From NCBI GenBank assembly GCA_951406725.2, contig OX597819.1, positions 104,718,001 through 104,782,000 of the forward strand: 64,000 nucleotides of DNA, read 5' to 3'. Below the pieces are notes generated by a model. The model saw only the letters and a list, made by a program, of their open reading frames with translations. It ran no database searches and was not told the DNA's origin. Below are positions 13,657 to 26,840 of this stretch, piece by piece. Position numbers and translations under genes: made by a program. Source of the stretch: Octopus vulgaris (lineage: Eukaryota). Numbering within the stretch: the first letter of the stretch is position 1; each line of letters starts with the position of its first letter.

Positions 13657-13936
13657 TATCGTGTACATTAGTACACGTTAAGAGGCTTCCAAATATGAAA
13701 GCCTTCAGTAGAAAACTCAAACCACTAATTATGGATAAATTCTCGAAAGGATTGAAAATTAAAAACGTTTACCATCAACCATGGTAAACGTTTTTAATTT
13801 TCGACCATCGTAAACGTTTTTAATTTTCAATCCTTTCGAGAATTTATCCATAATTAGTGGTTTGAGTTTTCTACTGCTCTTTCTAGCACAAGGCTTTTCT
13901 ATTTGGAAGTCTCTTAATGTGTTCTAATGTACACGA

Positions 13937-13938
<2 letters not shown>
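13657..13938. repeat. fold-back element related to the HHR-bearing unit at 41.7 kb
   Basis: Near-perfect inverted arms (13657-13775 vs ~13810-13938). The arm GTAAACGTTTTT...TTAGTGGTTTG...ACTGCTCTTTCTAG matches 41732-41805. Confidence 0.85.
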
Positions 13939-13984
<46 letters not shown>

Positions 13985-13985
13985 C

Positions 13986-14064
<79 letters not shown>

Positions 14065-14304
14065 CGTACATACATACATACATACATACATGCATACATA
14101 CATACATATATACATACATACATATACATACACATACGTACTTGCAATAATCGAAATCTGGTTGATCTATAGGATAATCTCTTACAGCTTCGAAGCAAGA
14201 TTCTGTGAACATTTCCATGCAGTCTCGAGGCGCTAGTTGAGCTACAAAATTGAAAGGTTTTATCATTAATTTTTGAAATATTCTTACAAAAACGATGAAG
14301 TATT

Positions 14305-14470
14305 CGTTTCTACTCTAGGAACAAGGCCCCACATTTTTTCTTGTGGGGGTGGGGCAGTCGATTAGATCAACCCCAGTACGCAAATGGTACTTAATTTATC
14401 GATCCAGAAAGGATGAAAAGCAAAGTCGACCTTGGCAGAATTTGAAATCAGAACGTAAAAAGAGATGAAA
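14305..14470 (-). mobile_element. SINE fragment (Nin/Deu-domain family)
   Basis: Matches the 24628-25583 family (CTTTCATCCTTTC..GATAAATTAAGTACC; tail AGAGTAGAAA). Confidence 0.8.
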
Positions 14471-14879
14471 TATTGCAACAGTGCTTAAATCATCATATCA
14501 TTTTTCGCAAAGCTGGTGCCAAATATCTAGGAATTCTCGTAAAATACCTATGTCAATAAATTAATTATTAATAAATCTATATTCATTTCGTTTTACGAAA
14601 TTAGACGTGGTTTAAAACGCACTTTATGAAGAGCGCTGTTGTAAGTCGGGAGTCTGGCTTCCTTCTGCATGGAGAGTTTTTTTTTTTTTTGTCTTTAGCA
14701 TATTTCTTGGATTCTCTTACTACTATTTTCACGGTTCAATTAAGGTTTAAGGGTGTTCATCCTTTTACACTTAATATTTTCATGTTTTATTTGAAATGCT
14801 GCATTACCTACAATATCTACTCCATGAAATTTTGAAGTATGTACGTATAAAACTATGTTGATAGACATCAATAACACAA

Positions 14880-15650
14880 ACTGACGGGTACTTTCTTGTC
14901 AGGACGATTTTATCTGATTTGAAAGTCTTTTAATATGCTGAGACCATTTTGTCTCTTACATCTATATTTCAAGCTACCCAATCTCCACAATCATTAGTGG
15001 GTGATATACGTGGACTTCGGTTTCCTTAATTTTCTCCTAGCGCAACAAAATATCCACGCTTTTTGTGTATGTCGGACAGTAGGGAAAACATGGAGTGGTC
15101 AAAGAATGGTTGCAGTGAGAGTCTTTTAATGTGGTTGAAGAGCCTTTATTTCTGCTGGGGGAAAATCATTCTACAACCATATTCAACTTGGAATAATGAA
15201 ACAGTTTGATTATGCTTCGAATAAAGATGGAAAGCACTTTTACTTTCTCTGCCGCGTATTTCCTCGTCTGAGCAGTGAAAAAATAAAGTTGGTGCATTTG
15301 CTTGACCTTAGATTTGAAAATTGATGATTGATGGGAACTTTGTTAATTCAGTGAAATGCAGGGAAGCATCAGCATCGAATCCATTTGTAATAGTTGGAAA
15401 ATATTTTCTTGGAAGAAGAAACAATCAACTATGCCGAAATAGTCGACAACATGCAAGAGAACTTTTAAAAGTTGCGAGCAAATACGCACAAATATCTGGA
15501 GTATCTCTACTGTCACCTTTATAAATTCCCTGAAAATATTGGTGACACAAGTGATGAACAGTGAGAACGTTTCTATCACAACATTAAATCAATGGGACAA
15601 AAATATCAAGGCAGGTGGGAAATGTGTATGATGGTGGACTACGGCTCATG
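14880..15650 (+). mobile_element. Chapaev3-like (CMC) transposase remnant
   Basis: Frameshifted motifs IQLGIMKQF, FPRLSSEKIK, FPENIGDTSDEQ*ERF and YQGRW..MMVDY. Superfamily assignment is from recall of the family motif. Confidence 0.6.
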
Positions 15651-17221
15651 GCAAACAATATTATCATAGCCCCCTCCCCCCAAAAAAAAACAGGTTTCTT
15701 ATTTAAAAATCTAAATGTTAAAAATATTCTACATTAATTGGGTATGAACTCATTACATAACATCACAAAAGTAATTTTATTTTTCGAGTATATTTCTTTG
15801 ATAACATAAAATTCATTTCTGAATTCAAGACTTCCGTTAATAATAAAATACCTTACCTTTACATTCACCGAAATACTGATTAGCGAAGAAATCTTTGCAT
15901 TCATAGTTTTTGATTGCAGAAGCACATGACGCATATATGCGCAAGCGTCTGGAAGGTGAAGCAAAATAGATATCATCATTTAATATGCAACTGAGGTGAT
16001 TATATCCAACTAGTGTTTCTAAACTAGTTACCACTTTAAAATATCTGGTAACATTTACAATGTTTTACATTCTGAGGCAAAATTTGTGCAGTATTTAATT
16101 TTTCTGTGATACAAGCGCGCTTAGTCAAATAAATAATTGATGAGGTGTGAGTTATATTTTTAAAAGACTGTTACATGAATTGATGCTTCGCAGTTAATTT
16201 CAGTTCATCACACTTCGGATAGAAATCTACTGGCGTATTTCTCATGAAATATTTAATTAAAACTATTCTAGACAAAATATAAATATAGTCAAAATATTGC
16301 TTACCTCATTTTATTAATTATATAGTTTAACAAAACCATGTACAATAAAATTTTTAAATCCTTGAAACGATTTTGTAAAAATTAATTAATTTAATTCATA
16401 ACAAATTATTACATAGTTTTCTATATGACATTTTATTTTAATATATTTTTATTGCAATATAGATACATGCTGAAACTTACATTTTTCTAGCTTACTCAGA
16501 TGTGTGAACATTTCACAAATATTCTTATTATTAATTTTAATCATTGTGACTGAAGAAAACGTGATATTTAGAAGGTCAGTATTAAAATTCAACGTAGCAA
16601 TTTACATTTATATGTGGTTATATTTCTAAAATATTAGGGGTGTTTATTTCATGCTATGTGAAAATGAGATCTTTTCTGTTGTTGTTTCAGTACTTTTACA
16701 TTAAAAAAATTGTTTCAGTTGTTTTCAAATTTGGTGTAGTGATGTAGTTTTGTATACTAATTATGAAAATGTAATTTATTTTTGCTACAAACTAATAAAC
16801 AAAAAGTTAGTAGATTTCAAAGTTTGAAAATTTAGGGTAATTTTAGCCAATCGATTCCTTTCGGTTCCTATTTCCATTGTAACAAGCGACGCTGTCATTT
16901 GCTTAAACTACCACCACATGTTTTTCTTTACCTGTGTATTTTCATTGTCAAGTACCTACATCCTGAACTTCCATTTTTTAACTTTCGCTATAAAATGTCT
17001 ATATAAGGTGAACTATTACTACAGTATAACGTTCAGTTTGATCTTTTTTTGTAAGTTTTCGCTAAAAAATTCATTCAGGATTTTCCTTTCTTAAATTGTT
17101 TACATGCGTGTTCAACTGTTTCAACCCTAACCTTAATCTGACACTCAAACCATAAAATCTAACTCTAATCGCAACCCCTGAATCTGAACCCTAATTTTAA
17201 GATAAGTTTACCAAATGGTTC

Positions 17222-17620
17222 TCGCAGAAGTGGCTGTGTGGTAAGTAGCTTGCTAACCAACCACATAATTCCAGGTTCAGTGCCACAACATGGCACCTTG
17301 GGCAACTGTCTTCCACTGTAGCCTCAGGCCGACAAAAACCATGCGAGTGTATGTGGTAGATGGAAACTGAAAGACGCCCGTCGTATATATATATATATAT
17401 ATACATATGCTTGCGTCTGTTTGTCTTCCCACCATCGCTTGACAACCGATGTTGGTGTGCTTACGCCCCTGTAACTTAGTGATTCGGCAAAATAAAGCAA
17501 TAGAATAAGTACTAGGCTTACAAAGAATAAGTCCTAGGGTCGATTTGTTCGACTAAAGGTGGTGCTCGAGCATGGCCGCAGTCAAATGACAAACAAGTAA
17601 AAGAATAAAACAATAAAAGA
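17222..17620 (+). mobile_element. tRNA-derived SINE with internal microsatellite and CR1-like tail
   Basis: TGGCTGTGTGG A box and GGTTCAGT B box; same family as 33165, 36441 and 51591. Confidence 0.9.
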
Positions 17621-19580
17621 TTAGTTGAAATCTGGGCGACGCCGGACTGTTCCACTGATATAGAAGACATAGAAGAGCTGTAGCATCCTTTTCTGGAATC
17701 AAATGTTGTGTCTATTTAAATCGAAGATTTGTGCTCCAGAACGTTTTAAAAAAATTTTTCTCCGTGTTTTGTCTCGGATTTCCATATGAAATTTGGCTAA
17801 AAGTTCCGTGAGTAATGGTGATGAAATGTCGAAACAAACAGTTGTGCTTATAGATGTAAGTAACTGTTGAAAATATATTACATGTAGTTATATAAATACG
17901 TGAATATTACATGCAGTAACAATAGAAAGAAATTGTATCTACCTGCAATAATGCTTATCGGGGTTACTGACAGGATGAAAAATTAAAGCATGTTTACATG
18001 TTTGTTGAGCCCTTCGAAAGCAGTTTTCTAACAACGTACGACCTAGAAATTTAGTAAAATATATAATTTAAGCTCTTCAGTATTGTTAACAAACTGAAGG
18101 TTTATTACATGGGACATTTAGATTGCAATATTTAATTATTCTCTGTAATACGTATGTTATCGACAGCAAAGATAAGTTTCTGTTTTTAAGTATATTTTAT
18201 GATATTGTGTATGGAGACAACGTGGCATTAATTGCTTTTCATTTATATTTAACAAAAAATGAAAAATGAAAAATATAAATATTATCATGCTGGATTTTCT
18301 CTACTTTTTGGTGTCATTTTTTAGGCTATGAATATGTAAAAATTTTGAGTTCTGAATAGTATATATCGATTTACATAACTCCTTTGCCATTTATTAGTAT
18401 TTTACAATATATATATTGGTTCACGGAGTCATGCAGGAAGTACAGTGTACGAGAGTGTCATGTAAGATTCAGGATGTTGGTAGATGACGCGTATGATTTT
18501 GCCTTCTGAGTGAATCTTTTGGAGAAATGCCTGACAAGATGTGTCGTATTTGCTTAGTAGTTGTATTTGTATTGTCTGATGTTGATCATGTTTATTAAAG
18601 TGTGACTGATTATGACACTGATGTTGATAAATTCTCCACAGTATCTTAACAATCGTTTATATATTTATGCTGTATAAACATTATTAACATTCACAAACAT
18701 TACAAATGAAATCTACGTTCCTTTTAATTCTAATTGACATCGCAAAACATCTGTTGATTATTTTAACAGCATCCTATACATTTCTGTGAATAAGAAAAAA
18801 CTTGAAACGCTCGATGGTAAACTATCTATCGGTTTGAGAATCCTATTTATTTTTGTATAACGAAACATTTTTAATGATTCACATCCAGGACACAGTAATA
18901 CAAAGATACGTCATACCACTTACTGTTTTAAAATCATACGTTTCTTAACATTTCAGAAAACATGTGTGGCCCATTCCAAAACAACATCTAAGTTACGTCA
19001 CCAGTCATACAGTACGTATAGCTGCACATAAATTTGTATACAACATGAGTCACATAGATATAAAGACAATCACTTCTGAATATATCGGTGACTGGCGGTA
19101 TTCGAGAGGCAGTATTCGAACACACACCAATTCAGAATGTGTGTACACTGTCATACAATCCTTGCATATGTAATATGTAATATATATGTAAAGGTATGTG
19201 TGTGGATGTGTGTGTCGGAACACGAGTACGTATATAAGTGTATATGCGTGTGGGAGCATGTATATATGGGTGGGTATACATGTAGATATATATAGAACGA
19301 TGTGTTTGTACATGCAAGCTTATTAACTGATTGACCAGTGAAGTCTTGACGGTCAGCCATGGACAATGACAATTGTAACCAACCACAAAGAATAAATTAA
19401 CAGCACAAAAAAGACGAATGACACTCCCTTCAATATCAACATCCATATCATAGCCACTATCCTACACCATCCACACAGTCAAAGCGGTTTATCAACCATC
19501 TTTCACCCGCACCACATTTTTTTATACACTTAGTGACAGACAGAAAGGATGAGCTTGAAGCTGAGAATTTGAGCTTATGG

Positions 19581-19688
19581 AATCACCTGAGGAAGCACAA
19601 TTAGATCACATAATGCAGGGAAATTATTACGAAACCAAATACCACCAAACCTGAAGAACTAAGTTTCGTGAGAACAATTGTAGTGATT
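19581..19688 (+). ncRNA. decayed type I hammerhead ribozyme motif
   Basis: AAUCAC-CUGAGGA...GAGAAC-AAUU-GUA-GUGAUU: perfect 6-bp stem I and palindromic ACAAUUGU stem III, but the GAAA core is altered. Confidence 0.5.
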
Positions 19689-19736
19689 ACAAATATATGT
19701 CCAACTGTACTTCTCTTTGATGACCCCAGCTCATTC

Positions 19737-19771
<35 letters not shown>

Positions 19772-19775
<4 letters not shown>

Positions 19776-19870
19776 TAAATTAAAGATAAAACCACTATTA
19801 GGCAAATCATACAATGAAAAACTTAAGCTAATACATAAGATTAATTAATTTATATTATTTTAAATATATA
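19772..19870. repeat. fragment of the HHR fold-back family seen at 49460-49832
   Basis: TATTAAATTA.AGA.AAAACC.CTATTAGGCAAATCATACAATGAAAAACTTAAGC is nearly identical to 49461-49560. Confidence 0.85.
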
Positions 19871-22148
19871 TCGTAGAACCTCATTGTGAAAGATTGTTCT
19901 GACTAAACTAAAATGAATAACAACAAATCAGAAACGTATCTTTCAGCTACTACATCAGACTCCGGTGAATGCACATACACTCTCTGTGCTCATGTGTACG
20001 ACGGACATAGAATTATATTTTCTGGTATCTCTGTATTGAAGTAGAATTTACTGAGCTTCTATACCTTTTGCTTGAGCTACATCTAAACGAGCAAACAGCG
20101 AAGCCCTCCAGTATCATGTTGTTTGACGTGAATCGCTCCTTACACGCCGAAGAAAAGGCAACTGAAACTGTATAGTAAGAAATGAGATCCACTAGCTTTG
20201 AAGACTACTCTTCGAGGAATTGTGGTTAAGAAAATGCAGAAAAATGTGAAGAGAAAAAGATGATTGGACAGCAAAATGATATTGGAAAGTTAGAAAAGAA
20301 TAATGCAACAGAGTCAATCAATATGGAATAGAGTGGTGCACAGCTTGTCACGATATCATTGCTACTATACCATTAGAATATGAAGGTTATACGTGGGCAA
20401 TAAACACTTCTGAATAGAAAGTCACAATCTTTTTTATTTCCAATGTAGTACGTTCACAATATTTCAAGAAGAAAATTTAAAAAATAATCTTACCACAACA
20501 TTCATGACTAAATGTTTTTCCGAAATAGCTTTTGCATTCCTCACCTTGATGACCACATTTTTTATATTGGTACAAACGTCTGAAATACGAATTATATCAG
20601 TGAGCATTTTTTCAGAATTGTAGGAAGGATTTAAAAATTTGAAATATTCTGGATTACTTATAAAATGAGTTTACATCGCACCAGGGTGCTTCAAATATCT
20701 GCCCCGAACATCTATGCTTACATTCTGAGTGCAAACTTTCACCCCGTCTAATTTTCCTATCTGTTTTTCCTGAATGAGTTTGATAATTTCTAATGAAGAT
20801 TGGTGAACAGTAGATTGGTGACATGACTCGTACTGTGTTGAAAATCAGCTATATACTAAATAATCAACCAACAAAATGTGGGCTATTTCCCTATTATTAC
20901 ACCATTTATCATTATGATACTAGTCCGGTATTGTATCACTCAACGGCAGTACCCTATTTGAAAGTTACACTCCGAGTAACTACTTCTAGGTTTGTGCCAG
21001 CTTAGGAAGTAATAGTACTAAACAGCTGATGATATTACTTCAGATATATACATATAAACATGTAAATATTAGATTTAAAATTACTGTAAGAGAAGTAAGA
21101 AAGTATATTTACTTGCAGTGGCCCGAAACCATGGAAATATTAGGACATCTTGAATCATACGATACAGTGCAGTTGCTCGCCATAAAATCTCCTAGAAATT
21201 TGACATTATGTTATTTATGAGCGCTTCCAAACTTCTAACACAATGCAACATAGATTAAAACAGTTAATTCTATTCTGAATTTTTGCTCCTTAAAACCCTC
21301 CACAAATACCGTAAAGCATTCCTTAATGTTCTACCTATTCTGTAGCCGGATACCTTTTCGATGACTTTAATCATATCAACAAGTTCAATTTTATTTATTT
21401 GTATTTTTATACGTACCTTGTGAAATGTTTGTTTTTTACAATTTCTTTATTGGTTTACGGTGCAGATATACAGTGGCGAAATGACAGCCTACATAGAGGG
21501 TGTCAAAAATGTTTTTTTATTATTTATCTTAAATATAATTATTTCAAATTTTTGCCACAAGACCACTGGTACCTATTTTATTGATGAATTCTTAGAATGC
21601 ATCATGAAAATTTATAATTTATATATGCATGTTTGTGTGTTAAAGTGTGTGTGTAACTGTATAAGAGGACATACATTCGGTTCGAAATTCATAACACCTG
21701 CTTCAGCAGCATTTTATTGATGAATTCATAGATTGCATCATGACAAAAAATCCGCTATCTTTATGTGGTTTTAAACAAACAAAAGTGTAATGTTCGAACA
21801 TTTAAGTTGTCCTGCTCACCACATTATATTGAGGCAAATGAAGTTATCGAAAGAATCGTAGGATTTAGAAAGGCCGATAGTAAGACTCATAAAGGTAAAG
21901 TGAAAAAACTATCCAATGCCCCCGCTATTTTAATTAGCTTATGGCCAGAAATGGAGGATTAAGGAAGATAATCATACGGTAAAAGCGGAAAACTAAGAAT
22001 AATTAAAAGACAGAAAGTTCTCAGGAGAGCATTGCAGATAGACATCAAACAAGGGATCCAGTTTTCGCCGTTTATCCTACACTAGAGCACGTACGTATAT
22101 ATATATTTTATTACATGTATATATATATTTTATACATGTATATGTATA

Positions 22149-23411
22149 CGAAGGAGTACCCAAAAGTGACCGGAAACGCTCTCTGTGGGACAAGCCCGTT
22201 GTCATTCAGGCTTCCGTCGCTTGAGGCCACTTGATGCAACTTCCAGGCATTAGTCTGCCGACCGGCGTCGTGCTCTCAAAATCATACTGCCACGTGGTAC
22301 GTCTTCGTTTTGCTGTGTTTCTCCATTGTTCGTCGACGTTTACGATAGCTGAAACAAAAGAACCGTGTTTTTGTGAAATTCTGTTTTCTGCAGGGGAAGC
22401 GGCGACTGAAGCAGTTGTCATGCTTCAAGCAGTTTACGAGGACGCTTCTATGAGCAAAACACAAGTTTACGAGTAGTTTTCACGCTTTAGAAATAGTCCT
22501 TTATCGCTTGAATACCAACCTCGTTCAGGGTGACGGACGACCTCGCGAACGAATGAAAATATAAAAATTCATAAACTGATTTTGGAGGAGACGTCGCCGG
22601 ACATTTGTCTAGCGTGTTGATATGACTAGTGTGTCCTGAAGCTCCTGCCAATGAATTTTGAGCGAGGAATTGCGAATGAAAATACAGCAAAATTTGTGCC
22701 TCGCTTCCTCACGGAAGATCAACAGCTGTCACGACTGAATGCGTGTCGAAAGTCATCACTGGTGACGAAAGCTGTTGCTACGGCTACAAACCTGAGACGA
22801 AAAAGCAATCAAGTCAGTGGAAGCATTCAATGTCACCACATCCCCAAAACGGGAGTCAAATGAATCTCGGTGTCAAGATGATGTTAGTTTGTTTCATCGA
22901 TGTGAAAGGAATAGTCTACACAGAATTTGTTCCATCTGTCCAAACTGTTAACCAGAGATTTTATTTGGCAGTTCTGGAGCATTTGCGAGACGCAGTGAAA
23001 CGAAAAGGTCATGACCTGTTCGAAAGTAGAGAGTGGTTGTTTCATCAAAACAATGTGTCTGCGCACCCCGTCTTGAATATTAGATAATTTTTTAAACAGA
23101 AATGGCATGACCCCGCTTACCCACTACTCCTATTCACCCGATGCTGCTCCCTGCGACACTTTTTTGTCCTCCCAAATGAAAAAGTCTTTAATGGAAAACG
23201 TTTTGTGGATGTGGAAGAGGTGAAGAGAAAAATGACGGAGGCGTTCAAAGGCATCACTTCGTAAGAGCTCCAGAACTGTTTCGAACAGTGGAAAACGCGT
23301 CTAGACCGACGCATAGCTTCAAATGAAGAATACTTCGAAGGCGATAAAAGAGTAAAGCTAGGTGAATAAAATAATATTGTAAAATTACGGATTCTTTTGG
23401 TTACCCTTTCG
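22149..23411 (+). mobile_element. full-length decayed mariner transposon
   Basis: TIRs CGAAGGAGTACCCAAAAG and CTTTTGGTTACCCTTTCG with TA flanks. Motifs VITGDESCCYGY, FHQNNVSAH and YSPD are present. Confidence 0.9.
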
Positions 23412-23910
23412 TATGTATGTATGTATGTATGTATGTATGTATGTATGTATGTATGTATGTATGCATGCATGCATGTATGTATGTATGCATGTATGCATGC
23501 ATGCATGCATGTATGTATGTATGTATGTATGTATGTATGTATGTATGTATGTATGTATGCATGTATGTGTGTGTGTATATATATTTATTTACACACAAAC
23601 ATATTTATACACACACACGGGGGCATTGGATAGTTTTTTCACTTTACCTTTATGAGTCTTACTATCGGCCTTTCTAAATCCTACGATTCTTTCGATAACT
23701 TCATTTGCCTCAATATAATGTGGTGAGCAGGACAACTTAAATGTTCGAACATTACACTTTTGTTTGTTTAAAGACTTGTTTTATTTATATTCCTGAGTGC
23801 CATACTAATACAATTGTTTGTTTGTATTCCACCTGCCTTCGTCTTTTGTTTATTTTAATACAAACAAACAATTGTATTAGTATGGCACTCAAGAATATAA
23901 ATAAAACAAG

Positions 23911-23948
23911 TCTTTTACGTTTCGAGCCTACGCTCTTCAACAGAAAGA
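23911..23948 (-). ncRNA. minimal Penelope-type hammerhead-like motif (CUGUUGA variant)
   Basis: UCUUU-CUGUUGA-A-GAGC-GUAG-GCUC-GAAAC-GUA-AAAGA, adjoining a ~58-bp-arm hairpin (23771-23914). Confidence 0.55.
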
Positions 23949-24042
23949 TACACAGAAAAGGAACACGGAAAGAAACAAGGAGAGAAAAAAATGCGTGCAG
24001 AAGCTAGTGAATCAACATGTATATATACATATACATATAACG

Positions 24043-24096
<54 letters not shown>

Positions 24097-24257
24097 TTAT
24101 GCATACTCATATATCATTACATACGTATAAATACACAAACGCTCGTTTACAATATGCACACTTATCTTTAGAAAAATTCATCCTCACCCGAATATAATAT
24201 GTCTTTGTGCCCAGCAAGCGCATCCATACCTGTTTGCAACTAATCTAAGTATTAATA

Positions 24258-24327
<70 letters not shown>

Positions 24328-24627
24328 GCTATCACATGTGTACATATACATACCTATAGAGATATAAACACACAGAGACATAAAAACATAGACACACACA
24401 GACCTGTCACCATTCTCATATATACACACCCTCATTTATATTTTCCATGTACACTATAAATAGCGCTGTAATGTAAAGATATAATTGTAACAAAGTAACA
24501 TAGAGTAAAATGAAATAAAAGTAAATATAGCGATCAACGATAACAGAAAAAAACGAGATAAAATAAATAATAAATTTTAAATAATGAATAACAAATGATA
24601 GATAAAACAATAAATAACAAATAATTG

Positions 24628-25583
24628 GGCGGTGAGCGGGCAGAAGCATTAGCACGCCGAGCGAAATGCGTAGCTGTATTTCGTCTGCCATTACGTTCTG
24701 TGTTCACATTCCGCCGAGGTCGACTTTGCCTTTCATCCTTTCGGGGTCGATAAATTAAGTACCAGTTACGCACCGGGGTCGATATAATCGAATTAATCCG
24801 TTTATCTGTCCTTGTTTGTCCTCTCTGTGTTTAGCCCCTTGTGGGTAGTAAAAAATAGGTATTTCGTCTGCTGCTACGTTCTGAGTTCAAATTCCGCCGA
24901 GGTCGACTTTGATTTTCATCCTTTCGGGGTCAATTAAATAAGTACCAGTAACGCACTGGGGTCGATATAATCGACGTATTCCGTTTGTCTGTCCTTGTTT
25001 GTCCTCTCTGTGTTTAGCCAGTTGTGGTATTTCGTCTGCCGGTAAGTTCTGAGTTCACATTCCGCCGAGGTCGACTTTGCCTTTTATCCTTTCGGGGTCG
25101 AAAAATTAAGTACCAGTTACGCACTGTGGTCGATATAATCGACTTAATCCGTTTGTCTATCCTTGTTTGTCCCCTCTATTTTTAGTCCGTTGTGGGCAAT
25201 AAAGAAATAAGAAACGTTAGCTTTCCGGGCAAAATGCTTTGCGGTATTTCGTCTGCGGCTACGTTCTGAGTTCAAATTCCGCCGATGTCGACCTTGCCTT
25301 TCATCCTTTCGGGGTCGATTCAATAAGCACTAGTTACACGCTGGGGTCGATATAATCCACTTAATCCGTTTTGTCTGTCCTTGTTTGTCCTCTCTGTGCT
25401 TAGCCCCTTGTGGGTAGTAAAGAAATAGGTATTTCGTCTTTACGTTCTGAATTTTTTCCGAAGTTGACTTTACCTTTCATCCTTTCGGGATCAATAAATT
25501 AATTACTAGTTGCTTACTGGGGTCGATCTAATCGACTGGACCCATTTCCAAATATTTCGGGTCTTGTGCCTAGGGTAGAAAAG
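24628..25583 (+). mobile_element. pentameric tandem array of a Nin/Deu-domain SINE flanked by a 19-bp TSD
   Basis: Five ~170-230 bp units, each with CTTTCATCCTTTCGGGGTCGA-like core. AATAAATAACAAATAATTG occurs at 24609-24627 and 25584-25602. Confidence 0.9.
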
Positions 25584-26423
25584 AATAAATAACAAATAAT
25601 TGATAAACCAAAAAATTTTTTTTTAATGAAAAAAGGAACCATACCTGTGAAGTTATGCGGTGAAGCAATTATTCTTCCTCTTACTGAAATGAAGATATAG
25701 TTAATTTCCATTTATGAGGTATAAACGACAGGGTAATAATTTTAAATTAATTCTTACACAGCAATATCCGAAATAATAAATATGGATAGATGTTATATAG
25801 GAAATATATCCATATTATGTAACACGCTTGAAGTATGCTAATGCACATCGAAATTAGGCAAGCAGCGTAACCTTATCTACCTCGCTTTGTTGGGAACGTT
25901 ACCTTGAATTTTAAGAATCCAACACAATTCAGTACAATAAAAGGTACACCCATATCCATTATTTGAGTACAGTGATGCTTTCCATATAATGCTCCAGATT
26001 TTTATTGAATTGAAAGTTTTTATCATTCAACTCTCACACTTTCTCTGTCAGTGACGCAACACAGGCCTTACCACGATTTTTAAAGAAAATGAGTGATTAA
26101 ACAAACTTTTGAAGGTACAGCTGGTCGGGGCTATATAGTTAAAATTATTCATATCAGTCGTTACATCACACTTATAGACAATGTTATAAGTTAAACAAGC
26201 GTTATTGAAATGAAATTCTATAGTTCGACTATGTGTTCATGCGCTTACACAAACAACGGTAGGAAAGTTAATTGCTCCCTCATCCCCTTCTATTTTACAG
26301 TTGTCTTGCATCGATCTAGGATTGAGTGCAGCTAAATCAGAAGACGGACAAGCAAGTGGACGATTGATACTTTATCAACTTGCTACGTTACTAATACAAT
26401 GAGTTCTAGTTTAATGTATGATT

Positions 26424-26840
26424 TCTTTACTGCCCACAAGAGGCTACACACAAAGGGGACAAACAAGGGCAGACAAACGGATTAAGTCGATTATATCGAC
26501 CCCAGTGCGTAACTAGTACTTATTTAATTGACCTCGAAAGGATGAAAGGCAAAGTCGTCCTCGGTGGAATTTGAACTCAGAACGTAGCGACAGACGAAAT
26601 ACAGTTAAGCATTTCGCCCGGCGTGCTAACGATTCTGCCAATGTATATTTAGAAACTCATTACGTTGCCACTATGTGTGTTACTATGGTTACCTGGATTA
26701 ATATTCTTTTCTACTCTAGACACAAGGCCTAAATTTTTTGGGGAGGGATCTCTTTCGATTAGATCCACCCCAGTACGCAACTGGTACTTAATTTATCGAC
26801 CCGAAAGGATGAAAGGCAAAGTCGGCCTCGGCAGAATTTG
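26424..26840 (-). mobile_element. two SINE copies of the Nin/Deu-domain family
   Basis: 26424-26640 and 26703-26840 are reverse-complement matches to units of the 24.6 kb array. Confidence 0.85.

Noticed and set aside
17120-17195. CCCTAA-like repeats suggesting telomeric sequence
   Set aside because: Only a few degenerate units, more likely internal to a decayed transposon.
24628-25583. Regular repeat array resembling a CRISPR
   Set aside because: Units are 170-230 bp SINE monomers without unique spacers, the context is eukaryotic, and there are no cas genes.
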